Shown: in pieces, positions 25,325 through 38,980 of the stretch
Numbering within the stretch: the stretch's first letter is position 1
Layout of the letters: each line of letters opens with the position of its first letter
DNA from: Negaprion brevirostris
Lineage: Eukaryota
Direction: 5' to 3'
Assembly (NCBI GenBank): GCA_030324005.1
Contig: JARDVH010000059.1
Span: forward strand, 56,626,681-56,690,680
Length of the DNA stretch: 64,000 nucleotides
Notes under the pieces: generated by a model
Database searches by the model: none
What the model was told of the DNA's origin: nothing
Seen by the model: the letters and a program-made list of their open reading frames with translations, nothing else
Program-made: the position numbers and the translations under genes

Positions 25325-25355
25325 CTCAGCTCCTGTGCCACAGGCTCCACTGGAA
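25325..25355 (-). CDS. ST18: Second coding exon (31 nt) of the same MYT1-family gene
   Basis: ttccctctgttgacag|TTCCAGTGGAGCCTGTGGCACAGGAGCTGAG|gtaagg. Phase 1 in, phase 2 out. Joined to the first exon it gives ...KGSR-VPVEPVAQEL(S/R), compared with recalled ST18 VPMDSLIQELS and MYT1L VPVEPAIQELFS. Confidence 0.9.
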
Positions 25356-26059
25356 CTGTCAACAGAGGGAACATGAGAATAAAAACATGTAAGTTTACAT
25401 ATCCACTATAAGAGCTTTTGCTGTTTGCACCTGTCTCCCTGTGATAACTCCAGCTGCAGTGTCGAAACCACAGGTGAGCTTAAGTTCACAGCAATGTTAA
25501 TAGTTAAGTCATTGCAAGTTTATTTTGACTGGGCACATTGCCTTCATTGTATACATTTGATTCCAAGTGCTTCAACATACAGTGATTCTAGTTTTGTTGG
25601 CACTGATGCCAGCCTGAAGTCTAGCAGCAACATAACCAAAGCTTTACAAGCTATGATACATAAAGTACCACTTTCCTCCCCTAGTGTTGGGCTGGCTAAA
25701 TTACTATTTACAGCTCATTTTAAGAATTTCTGGACAGCCTGCTCTGGCTCTTTAGCCATCTTAGCATGATATAAGCAAAGGTACGTGTATTTACATATGC
25801 TCGTGAGACTAAAGACTGATAAATTACACTGTGCAAAGTTGGCATAAAAATGTTCAACGCATCTGCCATTTTAGAAGAACAGAAAATCTATTTTCGTAAG
25901 AATATTTTATATATTTGAACTGTGCTACCATTCATTTTAATTTCTTGGGCTAGCTTTTTAAAATATTTTTAATATTTTAAAGAATTAGGAAAGACAAGAG
26001 TTGGGTATGGACATCAGCTGATGGCACTGATCTATCTGAAACCGGTTTCGTCTTAAATA

Positions 26060-27925
26060 ATTAAATAAATAGCTTGCATTTATATAGCCACTTCCTCAGG
26101 ATGCTCCAAAATGCTCCACGTTCTATAGATTACTCCTGAGTGTCAGTCATGACAGCCAGTTTGCACGCTGCAAGATTCCACTAACAGTAGAAGAATAGTA
26201 ACTAGAAGCAGGAGCAGGCCATTCGGCCCTTCGAGCCTGCTCCACCATTCATCTTCATCATGGCTGATCATCAAATTCAATGAACAATCATTGATCTGTT
26301 TTTGATGATGTTAATTGAAGGACAATTGTTGGCGCAGTCATCTAAACAACTCTATTCTTTATCAAGAAATCATGGTCTGGGGGGAGGGAAGGGCTGCTAC
26401 GTTCACTCCTGCTCCCACTAAATGTACCGATCTTTAATATCTGATTAACCGGCAGCCCTAGTAGATGGGCGGAGGCAGGACTCAGTAGTAGAGGGGTTAC
26501 TGTGTCTGCAAAGAGGCAGCAGGATGNNNNNNNNNNNNNNNNNNNNNNNNNNNNNNNNNNNNNNNNNNNNNNNNNNNNNNNNNNNNNNNNNNNNNNNNNN
26601 NNNNNNNNNNNNNNNNNNNNNNNNNNAGGGTCCAACATTCACCCTAGCCAGCCTCTTCCTTTTTATATATTTATAAAAACTCTTGCTATCCTTTTTTATA
26701 TTAATAGCTTTAGTAAAAAATACTGTACAAACAAAATACTGAACAAACTTCAGGCTGGAGTGAGACTCATCCCAAATTTAGCAGTGGATCTTACCTAAAT
26801 TAATTAGTGAGGTGCAAGCCGCTCCCCAGTGCCAACCACAGCATTTTGGGCTGGCTCTGATGTTGGCAATGATCCTTGGATAGATCTTTTGAGGGCTCCA
26901 GATGACATTGGAATTGGAGTGACTGCCAGCTTAGTGAGTCATATACACTCGATTGGCACCTAATTGAAAAATGGAAGTTGAAAATGAGCTGACCACATCT
27001 TGGATATTCCAGTTGGTTGGAGTTTTTGACATCTTTGCCAATTGATTCATGGCTCTGAAGATTTTAATGGGATTAAATAAAATTGTTTAAAATTGGAAAA
27101 CACAGTGACAGTTGCATTATTCACGATGGACATAATATTTACTATGAGAGAAATCAACTTAGTAGGTGTGCTCCTTCCAACTTCACAGAAGATATATCTT
27201 ACAGTGTTTTTGAACCTTTTCTCAGCAGCTTTCCATGGTACCATTGTGATAATTGCTCTAGACCCAGACAAACTAGTTAGTGCCCTTGTAGTGCAAGTGC
27301 ATCTAATTTCACTTTGAACCCTACGACTGGCTTAGGACCCTGGTTTGCATTAGGTGGGTTTTCTCAAGGGCTAAAAATCACCTGAGGCAATTTTGAATGA
27401 AGTCTACTTTCTTGTGTCATTCAGGATTGTGACCTGATTTTGATTCTGTTTTGCCTATTTCAAAAACAGTCTTCTCTCATCTGCCCACAACTGCCCAGTG
27501 TTTAATGGCAGTGGAGGTCACTTGAGACCTTTAATTACCATTAAGGGTCTTTATAGGCCTAAGGGTGGGTGGTCTAGTGGGTGCCTTATCCACACCCCTC
27601 CCCTGTATTAAGGGATTATGGGAACAGATTATGCATCAGTGGTAAGGAAGTGGGCTAGTACCCATCATATTTTATGTGACACCCCCTCCCCTCACCGAAA
27701 AATTGCCTGGTGGAGGGGTGGGGGGGATATTAAATGCAGCCCCATGAGATCTTTTACATCCACCAAATAGTACATCAAAAATACCTGATCTGAAAGACTA
27801 GTTCTGACATTATAGCAGTACTTCACTGAGATAACAGCAAAAATTCTACACTTAAATCCTGCAACAGGATATAAATATTACAACATTCTAAACCAAATAT
27901 ATGAGAATGAGCACCACTGAATCAA
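26060..27925 (-). mobile_element. DeuSINE split by two insertions (CR1 3' tail about 26200-26283; DNA element 26374-27742)
   Basis: The 3' part (26060-26373) and 5' part (27743-27925) rejoin as …aagaaatcat|gagatcttttacatccacc, which is collinear with the copy at 2750-2775. Confidence 0.65.
26374..27742. mobile_element. Non-autonomous Harbinger-like DNA element
   Basis: Termini GGTCTGG… and …GCAGCCC, flanked by a 3-bp duplication CAT (26371-26373 and 27743-27745). Confidence 0.55.
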
Positions 27926-28246
27926 ACCAAAAGTTTTTTTCAAACTGAGCTACTCTACGATCTGAATTCCTTTAGTGTAATATTCGGAAGTAGGTCATTT
28001 GAAATGCTGACCCATTCTGATAAACAGTCCACCATCCCGACTGCCCCCTATCCCCTTACCCTGCTATTTAAGAACTACTCCAAATTCCTAAAGTTCAAAA
28101 CAAATTCTGTAATTGGTGTTACAATTTTTTTCAATTTGGTGGTGAAACTGGCTAGCAAACTTGAGGCCAAAAAATATTTTGGGTCCAAAAAGGTGCTAAT
28201 AAATGTTGATTTTCTTTTGTCGTTATGTTTCATCAAAAGACACTGT

Positions 28247-28371
28247 TGGCAGAATTTTACTGCTACGCTCGCCCCAAAATTGTAAAATCCCGCACAAGGT
28301 CAACAGATCTTTCCACGATTCGCCCCTCCCTCACTCCGATTCCTGTGGCAGTGGAAAGGGAAAATTCTCCC
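28247..28371 (+). mobile_element. About 125-nt Harbinger-type MITE
   Basis: tggcagaattttac…gggaaaattctccc termini; body collinear with 52307-52433. Confidence 0.75.
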
Positions 28372-29439
28372 AAGTGGGAAAAACATAGGCACATATTAAT
28401 GCTCAAATCATATCAGCATGACGTAAATATAAGTAGATAGGCTGAACACCGAAATGTCAGGTTACGATAGAGAGTACTCCAGCATTGCCATATGATATGT
28501 GGCATCTTAGTACCATCTGATGAACCATGGCTGCGATTACGTGCTATGATGTTGTGGACGAGGCAAAGCGAGGATAAATGATTTATTTTCTGGGTGTCGA
28601 AAAGCATCAGCATTTTTTACTTTAAAACAAAAACTGCCTTCAATATATTGCACAAGCAAAGAGTCACATTTTCTGTATCTTACGTAAAACAAATTAAATT
28701 AAGAAGGAAAACAAAGATTTTAGAGAAATATACCTAAAAGATATTGCTGACGTTACTGTTTGCTTTAGAAATAAACCAATTTGTATAAATTCGAAACATT
28801 GGAGGCGATGATTTTGGACTCAGAAGTAAGCAAGCAAGCCCAATAGACAACAGGCAAACTGGCATTTATCTATGTATTCAGATGGCACAGTTGATCCGCA
28901 TGGCACACCACTGAATAAAATTACAGTTTTATGCTCTGGTGCATTTAACTATTTGCTTCACACCAGCAGAAATTATAATATTCTACCTCATGTTTCAGGG
29001 TGGTCTATACGATACAATGTGAGGCTTCCTCTTGTAAAGTTATGTTGTTTCCACTACTACTTAACATCAATGCCTCTATGCTTACTTTAAAATAAGTATA
29101 ATATATGATATTTTAATTAATTAGTAATTTTTAAAATGTTCTGTAACGTTTATTGTCATGCAGCTTTTGTATCATTGTAAAGGAAACCTTCTGACTAAAA
29201 AGAGAGGGATGTTTTCAGAGTTTGCACTACTCACAGACTCTTAAAACTGTTGGCCAAGAGTGTTGGGAAATTTTGGACATGCCACCGATGGTTTACCATC
29301 CACTGAAATCAATAAGTGTCAAATCTAGTGCCATACGCTCTATTATCTTAATAAATGTGTTCATTATTTCTTAGATTTTGCACTTTGGAGTTGTGGAATT
29401 ACAACCGCTCCCCATTTGGGATTTACAACTGCTCCCATT

Positions 29440-30113
29440 AATGGGAACAGGCGACCAACCCCGCTGGAGGGGACAGAGGCCCCTCACGAGGTCGGGGGAA
29501 ATGGGAATGCCCTTTGGGCATTGTCAACCTAGCAGTGCCAGCCTGCCCAAGGGAAAAATGGCACTGCCCAAGGGATATCAGGCAGTGCCAAGGAGGTGGG
29601 TCCAGAGGGGGATGGGACCTATTGGGGTGATCAGTGGGGACGGGGGGACCCACTGCCACTCTGCAATCATGATCAGAGGCAAAGGAGGGAGGATGGCAAT
29701 TGGGGTTGGTCATCCGGGAGGTTGGCGGGGGGACATAGTGGGGAGGTCCAGGAGGCCAGCGATCAGTGGGGGTTAGAGGGGGTGGTCTGCCACGCCAGTG
29801 ATGGGAGATTGCAGAGCTCGTCAGCGATTGGGTTGGCCAGTGATTAGAGGGCCGACAAATGGGGCCACTGCGCATGTGCCAATCTTAGCACTGACAGATC
29901 AACACTTGCACAGTGGCCCACTTAGTGCATTATGTCAGTCTTTCACATGTGAATAACCTCTGCCCCTGATTTCCAGAGGAAATCCCGCTAGGGTACTCTG
30001 TGGTGCCCGGTATCGGAGATTCATTCTGGGAACAAAGCTGAGAAAACCAGTCAGAGTTACTCACATTTTCCCACAAATTGGGGATTTAGAATTTTTTTGG
30101 GAGAACCCCAGCC
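29440..30113 (-). mobile_element. GC-rich non-autonomous DNA element, same family as 11591-12640
   Basis: Reverse-complement start ggctggggttctcccaaaaaaattctaaat…gaatctcc; shares the gggccactgcgcatg…cagtggcccc hairpin. Confidence 0.65.
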
Positions 30114-30582
30114 AATTTCTTCCATTGACATTGAGAGACTTGGCCACCAAATTGAATATAATGCTGTGGCTCTGTACTTGCTCTAAATGATATTAATGTG
30201 GGCATTGTAAGGTCTCAGGTCTCAATGCTCTTGGGATTCGAAGATGCATCTGCTGCTATTAGTTTAGGTAATTCTACATCGTAATGTGCTATCTTTGACG
30301 ACAACAAACTCTCCTTGATTTTTTTGAATGATTTCTGGTATGTTTCCTCTTAACACCATTCATTGCCTTGGCAACATTGACATAGTAGCTTATTGAGCTC
30401 TGGTGAGTTTTTAAAGATATTTTTCTACTTGACTCTGGCCCTCAGTGAATCAGCTTTTATTCCTGACATATTTACTATGTGACCAAGAAACCTGATTGCT
30501 TTCCATGAAAACTGACACTGTCAAGTATCAATCCTATCTTTTGTGGTCTTCTCAGCACTGCTCTCATTCATGTCACCAGCTT

Positions 30583-30892
30583 GGGCAGCACAATAGCACT
30601 GCTGCATCACAGCGTAGGGACCCAGANNNNNNNNNNNNNNNNNNNNNNNNNNNNNNNNNNNNNNNNNNNNNNNNNNNNNNNNNNNNNNNNNNNNNNNNNN
30701 NNNNNNNNNNNNNNNNNNNNNNNNNNNNNNNNNNNNNNNNNNNNNNNNNNNNNNNNNNNNNNNNNNNNNNNNNNNNNNNNNNNNNNNNNNNNNNNNNNNN
30801 NNNNNNNNNNNNNNNNNNNNNNNNNNNNNNGCAAACTTGATGGGCTGAATGGCCTCCTTCTGCACTGTAGGAATTCTGTGAGTCTATGATTC
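30583..30892 (+). mobile_element. HE1 SINE nested in Gypsy RT (middle lies in a gap)
   Basis: Head gggcagcacaatagcactgctgcatcacagcg; tail gatgggctgaatggcctccttctgcactgtagg…tctatgatt. Confidence 0.75.
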
Positions 30893-32464
30893 ATACTCAG
30901 CTTGAGTGGACCCATCTATTAACGTGTCATCCATGTAGCAAACTATATGTAAACACTCTAAAAGGTTTGATATTGTCTTTTGAAAAACCTCTGGTGTTGA
31001 TATTATTCCTAAGGATAACCTGTTAAAATAAAATCTTTCAGATAGTAATATGAAAGTTATGAAAAGCTTGGATTTCTCATCTAGTGGTATTTGCCAGAAT
31101 CCACTGTTACTGTATAAATTAGAGAACGTGAGCTCTTCCCTGACTTAGCTAAATTCTCAACTACCGATACCATTGGATGGACTTCTCGTTTTATGGTTTT
31201 ATTGAGATATGTCAGATCAACACTTATTCTGATGAAAGTATCTGGTTTCTAAACCATGACCATCCTTGAACATCAACTTGTTGGCTCCTTTGCTGATGAA
31301 ATGGCTCCTTGTCTTTCCATTGTGTCAATCTCTTTCTTTACTTTTGGTGATAAAGGCTGTGGAATCTTTCTGGATGTATATTGGCATATAAGTTTTGCTT
31401 CTGGGCTTAGTGTTATGATATGCTGTTATCTGTTTTCCCAATCCTGTAAATAACTTTGCAAGTTTTGCTCTGAAGTCTGCTGAAGATCTTTACCACTCTT
31501 TATCTCTTCTATTCTGAGAATTAGAATCAATTTCATACATAACTTTCTACTTGAAAGTGAACAACTCTGATCTTGAATTACGTATAGTATTTCAGTAATT
31601 AATTTGTCTGTGCTTTAAAGCAGCTATTATTTCCCCAGAGCCTTTTGTAGAATGGTGAAGAACTAACTGTCTTGTTTTACCATGGTTCAGCATCAAAAAC
31701 AACTGAAACTGCTACTCCAATATTTAATTTAATGTGTGTCTTGTGACCTTCTATCAGGACCTACACTCCAGTAATTCCCACTGAATTCTTTAATCTCTCC
31801 TAAGAAGAGATGTCCTGTGAATCTTCAACTTCATGGATCCTGTTTCCTTTCAAAACTTTTTTATTTTCAGTGTTCTGTGCATTTTTGCTAACTGTGGCAT
31901 ATTTCCTGAAAACAACATGGAGACGATCTTATCAAAAAAATTATGTGTTGACCAAGCATGAAAACAGGAGAAAATCACACTCATTTATTGGGCAAGCTCC
32001 CAGAAGAATCAATTGTATGGCCCTTAGGAAAACAAATGAGGTAAAAGGGGAGTGGATGGAGTCTATTCATGCCAGGAAACCGGCTGCTGAGCTGTAGGGG
32101 CACTATTGTGCATGCACCCAGATCTCCCAGTGCACTGTGCGCAAGTGTACACAGTGCACTGACATATCATACTCCCCGGACACATTGTATTCCCCACCGT
32201 GACCAATCCCTTTAGACGTCACCCCCAACACCTCCTCAATTATCCCCACATTCCCTGTGGACATTACTTCATGATTGCCACTCTCAGTTTCCCCCATCCC
32301 CAGCCAATCACTGTTCCTGATACCCTTCCCCCACCACCAGCCCCCCCACCCTCTGCCAAAGGCTGGTCCTAATCACCGCCACATCAACGGACGACCTCTG
32401 GCCTGGAACTGTTACCCCCACCCTGGCCTATCCTATAGTACAGAATACGTGCCCCACTGATTGC

Positions 32465-32795
32465 GAAGGTAGCCCAATCCATCACGCAAACCAGCCTCCC
32501 ATCCACTGACTTTGTCCACACTTCCTGCTGCCTCAGCAAAGTAGCCAACATAATTAAGGGTTCACGCACCCCAAACATTTTCTCTTTCATCTTCTTCTGT
32601 TGGGAAAAAGGTACAAAAGTCTGAGGTCACATGCCAGTTGGAACAGGAACAGTTTCTTCTCTGCTGCTATCAAACTCTTGAATGAATTTACCTTGCATTA
32701 AGTTGATCTTTCTCTACACCCTAGCTATGACTGTAACTCTATATTCTGCACTCTCTTGTTTCCTTCTCAATGAATGGTATGTTTTGTCTTATAGA
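32465..32795 (+). mobile_element. Rex1/Babar 3' end
   Basis: AQSITQTSLPSTDFVHTSCCLSKVANIIK…KRYKSLRS…NSFFSAAIKLLN plus 3' UTR. Confidence 0.8.
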
Positions 32796-33189
32796 CCAGC
32801 ATGCTAATCCAGTAAGATCTCCCCTGCTCATCTTTATGCACCAAAGGAATTCAACATCTTTGGTGGGACAATTGTCATGCCCATGCCTTTCTCTTCCACA
32901 CCAGCAACAGCTAATCAGGACTACTACCATGAATGCCACATGACTCTCCTTGTGTTTATTTTCTCTTTTTTTTACGTCCGACAAATTCAACTGCTTCTGT
33001 TACTTAGGAATTTGGGCTTCCTCACTCTCCTCTGACCACTGATTGGTTCTGCCTTCTAATCTCGGCATGCCTATACAATTTCAATCACCCTCTGCGTAGT
33101 CAAGTCTTCTTGGGACTGCAAATTATCTGATAAGCGCAATCCACTTTGCTGATAACTACTATGCTGTGAATAATCTTTCAGTGTTTTTT

Positions 33190-33312
33190 TTGAATTGATT
33201 TATTATTGTCACATGTATTGATATACAGTGAAAAGTATTGTTTCTTGCACCCTATATAGACAAAGCATACCATTCATAGAGAAGGAAACAAGACAGTGCA
33301 GAATATAGTGTT
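33190..33312 (-). mobile_element. Rex1/Babar 3' UTR terminus
   Basis: ttgatttattattgtcacatgtattgatatacagtgaaaagtattgtttcttgc…gcagaatatagtgtt. Confidence 0.7.
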
Positions 33313-34854
33313 AAGAATGAAATTTTAGAAGCATAGAATGAAAGTAAAAGATAGAATTAGAAGTTATGCTGGGCACAGCTTGCAAGAACTTGCCTCGCTC
33401 CAGCATCATCTTGGGAAGAAAAGACTGGTACACAACATTAATTAATGTGTCGAAGCTTTCCCCATCAATATATTTATTCAGCATTGTGTGTTCCACAATG
33501 GTGTTCTTGCGGAGGCTGAAATATGTTTCCATGGCATCAGTAGCTTCAACATATGTACCTGTACTCTCATCGATCTCAGGGTAACCAGGATATCGTCCAT
33601 ATCATCACCCACTGTGTACAAAGGTGTGCTGACCTGCTTACAGTCTGGCTTTGTTGCAAGACCCAATGCAATGCAAAATCAAGTGAATTGTCTTTACCAC
33701 TTTGGCCATGCTTCATCCTGAATTAGGTCTGCAACTTCCTCAAAACTCTCCACCAGAAGGAAAGATTTTTCTAATGCCAACTTTTTACCACTTGCCAACA
33801 CGTATCAGTGTATTGTTGGGTTGGGGTAGGTTGAATAACTCCTAAAGACTGCCAGCTGCAAACACGCTAACTTCATTGTAACATATTTACAGTGGCTAAA
33901 ACACTCCCTTACTCCAGCTTAGTTCTTTATCTATACTGCTTTCTCAACTTTCAGATCACATGAATACTTGTAACTTCCTTCATTGACATTGCAGACTATT
34001 ATCGCCAACCCGTTGCATGACATAGTCTAACACACTCTTATACTATTGGACATACGTAAATGACAGCCCTGTTTTAACCCTCATACCCCATATCGAACTA
34101 GGGATCACAGAGTAGAGCAGGAGCTCAGGATTTCTTGGTGGTTGCTATGGCCTCAGCAGAGGCTGCCACCAAAATATTTCCATTTTCAGATTGTTCCTGT
34201 GAAGGTAGTAGGAACAGGTGTGCTCCTCTCAATCTATAGTACTCAAGATTAACCACACCACTATTGTCACTTCACCTCCCTTCTGGAAATTACCTTCATC
34301 AGCAAGCTTCATGTAGGTATGCACCTGTCGCTGAACAGCTACCCCAAAGTATACTAGTGAGACCCAGTTTCATGTCAGCCCCGGGCCTCCAGTTGGGGCT
34401 CATGTTGTCTATTTCAGGCTCTAAAATCGGCCTAAAGGGATTTTTACCTCCTTATATATTCTCATTGTATATCAACATTATAGGAAAATATTGGCACCAA
34501 ACAACTTCACAATCTGCACACTTAGATACTTGGGGAGTAACTTGAAACCAGAGCCATATTCTTAAGTGATTTTAAAATGTGACATTAGATGAAAGAGAAG
34601 CACATAGCCTCTCTCCCATATAAAATGCAAAGATTTAGCAAAGTTTTGTTTCTGGCAAGGGGTTTGATCATTGTGAGCAAAGTGGAAAAGGGAGGCTTTG
34701 AGAAAGAATTGACATTGAAGGCAAGATATTATGACTTCACTTGAGCAAGATTGGAATTCCGCCTGTGGTCAACGGAGATTTCCGTTGTCGGACCCTCACC
34801 CACCCTGATTCCATAATAGGCGAGGTACTGGAGTTCCATCGAGATTTTCAAAAG

Positions 34855-35430
34855 ATTTGAATTTCTTGAGGAATACTAGATAGTGGAGTGTCAATGGATG
34901 TCATTTATATGATTATTTTGGAAGGCCTTCAATAAGGTCCCGCATAAAAGATTGTTAGCTAAAATTAAATCTCATGGAATCGAAGGCAAGTTATTGATCT
35001 GGTTAGGCGATTAGTTACACTGGAGAAGAATTTCTCATTTCTCCATGTTATATTTCATTTGCATGTTCTTGGCCACTTTCTAAATACTTTTGGAGTCACT
35101 TTACATCCTCCTCACAACTTACATTCCCACCTTGTTTTCTGTCTTGAGCAAACCTAGAAATATGAGCCGTGCTCCCCTCATCCAAATCATTGGTATTATT
35201 CGTGAATAGCTGGGGTGGTATGTCATCAAGTCCAAGGGATTTATTAGCTTTCAGTCCTATTAATTTTTCTAGTACCACTTTTTTACAAATGCTAATTTCT
35301 TTCAGCTCCTCATGTGCACTAATTCCTTGGTCTTCTAGTATTTTTGGCACAATTTCTATATCTTCTTCTGTAAAGATGGCAACAAAATTTTTGTTCAGAT
35401 TCTTTGCCGTTTCTTTATTCTTGATAACAG
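34855..35430. mobile_element. Two CR1 RT fragments in opposite orientation (+ 34855-35030; - 35040-35430)
   Basis: Plus: MDVIYM…KAFNKVPHKRLLAKIKSHGIEGKLLIWL. Minus: VVLEKLIGLKANKSLGLDDIPP…HISRFAQD. Confidence 0.75.
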
Positions 35431-36829
35431 AGACCGAGTAAATACTTCACCAATGAAGGAAATCATATAGTGCAAAGCATAGCTAAATGTTAACTGTACC
35501 AGCTTGTGACAGAAATCAGCCACAAATATCACCAGCATCACCAACTCATCCATAAAAATCATACAAATGAGTTGGAATTTTATCATGACAGCCCCAAACG
35601 CTGCAGGAAACCAGTAATGGATGAGGGGAACTGTTTGTTCTGTCAGTTGGCTTTGCCAAAGTTCTTTAATTTAACTACGGCATTAGCATTTTGTTTTTGG
35701 GTTTTCTGATTAGTTTAGAGTGGGCAGGTGAGATAATGCACCAAATTTATCAAAACACGGATTCCTAATTCAAGGGCCCACCTGGGGTTAGAACAAATGA
35801 ACTGTGCACTGATTTTTGAGGCTTCAGCAGTCATAGAAATGGAAAAGAGGCCNNNNNNNNNNGGGAAGGTTTCCCAACCCTCTCATCCTGGGAATCTCAC
35901 TCCCACCTAGGAGTCTTGATGTACATTCTGAGGGATCTGATAGGTACTTTGAATCATAGACTTTCTACAGTGCAGAAGGATGCCATTTGGCATCCTTACT
36001 CAACCCCATTTTTTGGGGCTTTAATTCACTGACCCCCCCCGACCTGAACCTCTCACAGCACACACAAGCCCACCCCCCTTAGTGATTAAAAGTCTGTCCA
36101 TGGTCCTCAAAATTCCTGCTTGAGGAGGGTGAAAATTATAATTAACGCTAAGGAGAATAAAGAATGTGCAGCAAAACTAGTTCAGCCAGGATTCCATCTC
36201 ACTTGTGTTGACTTCTTTAAATTTTTGTAACCTTGATAAGTTTTCCATTTCAAAACAGGCAACGCAATTGCAATGCAAGATTAAATTGTCCAGTGCCTTC
36301 CAATGCAAGCAGTATGCAAACTTTGTGTTATCTATTAATTTACATATGATACCTGCATGCAGCCAGCATTAACGAGTGACTGCATGCCTCAGCAAGGAGG
36401 CCAAGTTAATGTGAGGCTAATATCACTTTATGTTAGGCTGCACTACTTAAAGGCATCCTGCACCTCTTGAAAGGAAAATGCATTTGGCTGGAACAGGCAC
36501 TGGAAGTGAGAGAGATCCCCAGTCACTTGGGAGAAGTGAAGGAAGAACCTGGCCAGTTTAAAATGGTGTGTCAGTGAGGGAGATCTCCCAGGCAGCACTG
36601 ACACAAGAGACACACACTGGAGGATTCCTGGAATTCTGGAAGATTGATATCAATATTAACGTCACGGCAAGCAGCCAGATGGAGCACTGAGGGTAAACAA
36701 ATCGGCTGAGTGAACAGGAAGTAATTTTTTAAAACATGCACAGAGAGCTCAAAGCTAAGGAGAATGGACCTGAAGGAGTTCAGGGGCAGAGCATTTGTAG
36801 TCAGGGTGTGAGGTAAAATAATTAAATGA

Positions 36830-38645
36830 AATGGCAACACAATGAAAGGTGCTGCTTGGTAAATAGCTGGTGAGTATAATTGTGTGAGTCTTTAATAAGT
36901 CTTTATTTAGTTGATTAGTAAATAGAGACATAGCAACACATCTCAGTCCCATGAGTACACATCCTATTCCATGTGGGAACTCCAGGATGCTTCTTATGTC
37001 CTGAATAGCCACATGTACCAGAAGCATTGTTAGCTAGAGGAGTCTTCAGCTCTGGTTTTCAGCTGGTTTTCAGGAGCAGCTGCAGTCACTGGGGTGCATG
37101 CAAAAGGCTGGAAGCTACATGGCAAGCACATTTCTGAGTATTATCCTTAGATTTGTGGGACACTGGGCTGGTTTTGGAGGAACGTGGCACCTATACAGGC
37201 CAGACAGGTTACACTTCAATAGAGCTAGGACCAATGTCCTTACAGGGCAGTTTGCTAGCATTGTTTGGAATGGTTTACACAAACATGGAAGGGGCATTGG
37301 GGAGCAGGATGCAGCAATATAAAGGAAATACAAAGTACATAAGGGATTAGGAAAGTCAGCCAGTAATACAAGAAACTATAGGAAAGTATTAGAGATGGAG
37401 TAAGAGGGAATACAATTAAGTCTCAATTATGTTTACTGGGCATATACATAAACATAGCATGGTAGATAAGGTCGGTGAATTGTAGGCACAGATGGGAGTC
37501 CAACTGTCTGTTGATAATGGAAATCTGGCTCAAAAATGGTACTAAATATCTGTATATACCATAAAATAGAATCTCTACAGTGCAGAAAAAGGCATTCAGC
37601 CTGTTGAGTCCCACATAGTCCCTCCACTTCGCCCTATCCCCATAATCCCTGGTGCTGTGAGGCAGCAGTGCTAACCACTGCGCCACCGTGCCACATACAA
37701 AATTGTCAGGAGAAGATAGGGAAACACAGAAGAGGGGTGTGGGTATCAATTAAAGTAAGTATTACAATACTGGCGAGAGAAGATGGCTGGAGGAGTCAAG
37801 ACAGAATTTATTGTGTTATATTAAAGAATAACAGAACAGCATGACACAATTGGATGCATTCTATAGGCCATCGATGAAATGGATAGACACTGAGGAGCAA
37901 ATTTGAGAGAAATTATGAGATACAAAAACTGTAGAGTCATGACAATGGTGTCCATGATTATTCTAATACAAACAGGGATAGTAGTCTTGTAATGGACAAA
38001 GTGGGGGAAGAGTTTCTGAAGTGAGTTCAGGAGAATTTATTTGAGAATTTATGAGCGTGGAAGGACAGGGGCATTGCTGGATTTGGTTCTGGAGAATGAA
38101 ATGGGTAAATTGGATCAAGTATCAGAAGGACAACATTTAGGGTACAGTGATCATTGTATCATAAGGTTTAGATTAGCTATAGAAAGGAACAAAAAGCCAT
38201 CTAGAATAAAAATGCTTAATTAGAGCAGAGTCAATTTTAGTAAGACAAGAAAAGAACTGAGACAGGTAGATTGGACTCAAAGGTTGGTAGGAAAATCTGT
38301 AATGGAACAATGGGCTGCCATGTAAAAACTATCTTGGCTATTGTCAAAGTACATTCCCATGAGAGAGAAAGTTATAACAAAGTCAGAGCACCCTGGATGA
38401 CAAATGAGAGATAAAGATGGAACAGAAAATGGCATGCATGACAAATGTCAGGTGTAATATACAACTGAGAACTAAACTGAATGTAGAATGTTCAGAAGGG
38501 AAGTGAAAAAGGGAATACAAGAGGCAATGAGAGAGTGAGGAGAGATTGGCAGTTAGCACCGAAAGGGAATTCAAGTCTTCCATTAGTGCATAAATAGTAA
38601 AAAGACAGTAAGAAGATGGATTGGCTTGGGGTTAAAAATGGGATT
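36830..38645 (+). mobile_element. CR1 LINE 5' half (ORF1 and endonuclease), decayed; collinear RT pieces continue at about 39945-39998 and 40345-40830
   Basis: MWELQDASYVLNSHM (ORF1), RFVGHWAGFGGTWHLYRPDRLHFNRARTNVL (esterase end), ALLDLVLENEMG…HLGYSDHCIIRF (APE), and VDIMCMNIQKA near 40615. Confidence 0.85.
37566..37693 (-). mobile_element. Internally deleted HE1 SINE (head fused to tail)
   Basis: Reverse complement ggcacggtggcgcagtggttagcactgctgcctcacagcaccagggattatggggatagggcg…ctgcactgtagagattcta. B-box and V-core are absent. Confidence 0.8.
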
Positions 38646-38669
38646 TCACAATCAGGTAAGTTACAAGCA

Positions 38670-38980
38670 AAATTCTGTGGATGCCAGAAATCTGAAATAG
38701 AAAACAGATAATGCTGGAAAAACCCAGCAGGTCTGGCAGCATTTGTGGAGAGGGAAACAAAGAGAGTATTTCAAGTGAGTATAATTCTTCTACAGACTAA
38801 AGAGATAGAGAAATGTGGTGGATTTTATATTGTTCTAAGAGGGAGTGGAGCAGGTGGAGAAAAGTAGGAGGTCAGGAATAGTGTGAGCTAGGAAAGACTG
38901 CATAAAGATGTTTAGGGCACAAGACACAGGAAGTATTAATGGTAGTGATAAAGATAAAGAAGGTGCTAATAGCACCTTCC
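38670..38980 (-). mobile_element. Penelope-type terminal fragment
   Basis: aatgctggaaaaacccagcaggtctggcagcatttgtggagaggga is the inverse of 715-782, followed by a purine-rich body. Confidence 0.55.

Larger units (their letters stand above)
30114..33790 (-). mobile_element. Decayed Ty3/Gypsy LTR retrotransposon (gag-pol), with nested insertions
   Basis: gag GLATKPDCKQVSTPLYTVGDD…ETYFSLRKNTIVE; Zn knuckle CCWCGRERHGHDNCPTK; RT PKVKKEIDTMERQGAIS…IRISVDLTYLNK…SGFWQIPLDEKS…YMDD (30926-30937)…FLGHIV; AHYDVELPKLIAADASS; integrase SIWWPSLS. Confidence 0.9.

Noticed and set aside
29390-29440. Short 23-24 nt direct repeat pair, considered as CRISPR-like or array
   Set aside because: Two adjacent copies with no spacers in eukaryotic DNA; local duplication beside a TE end.
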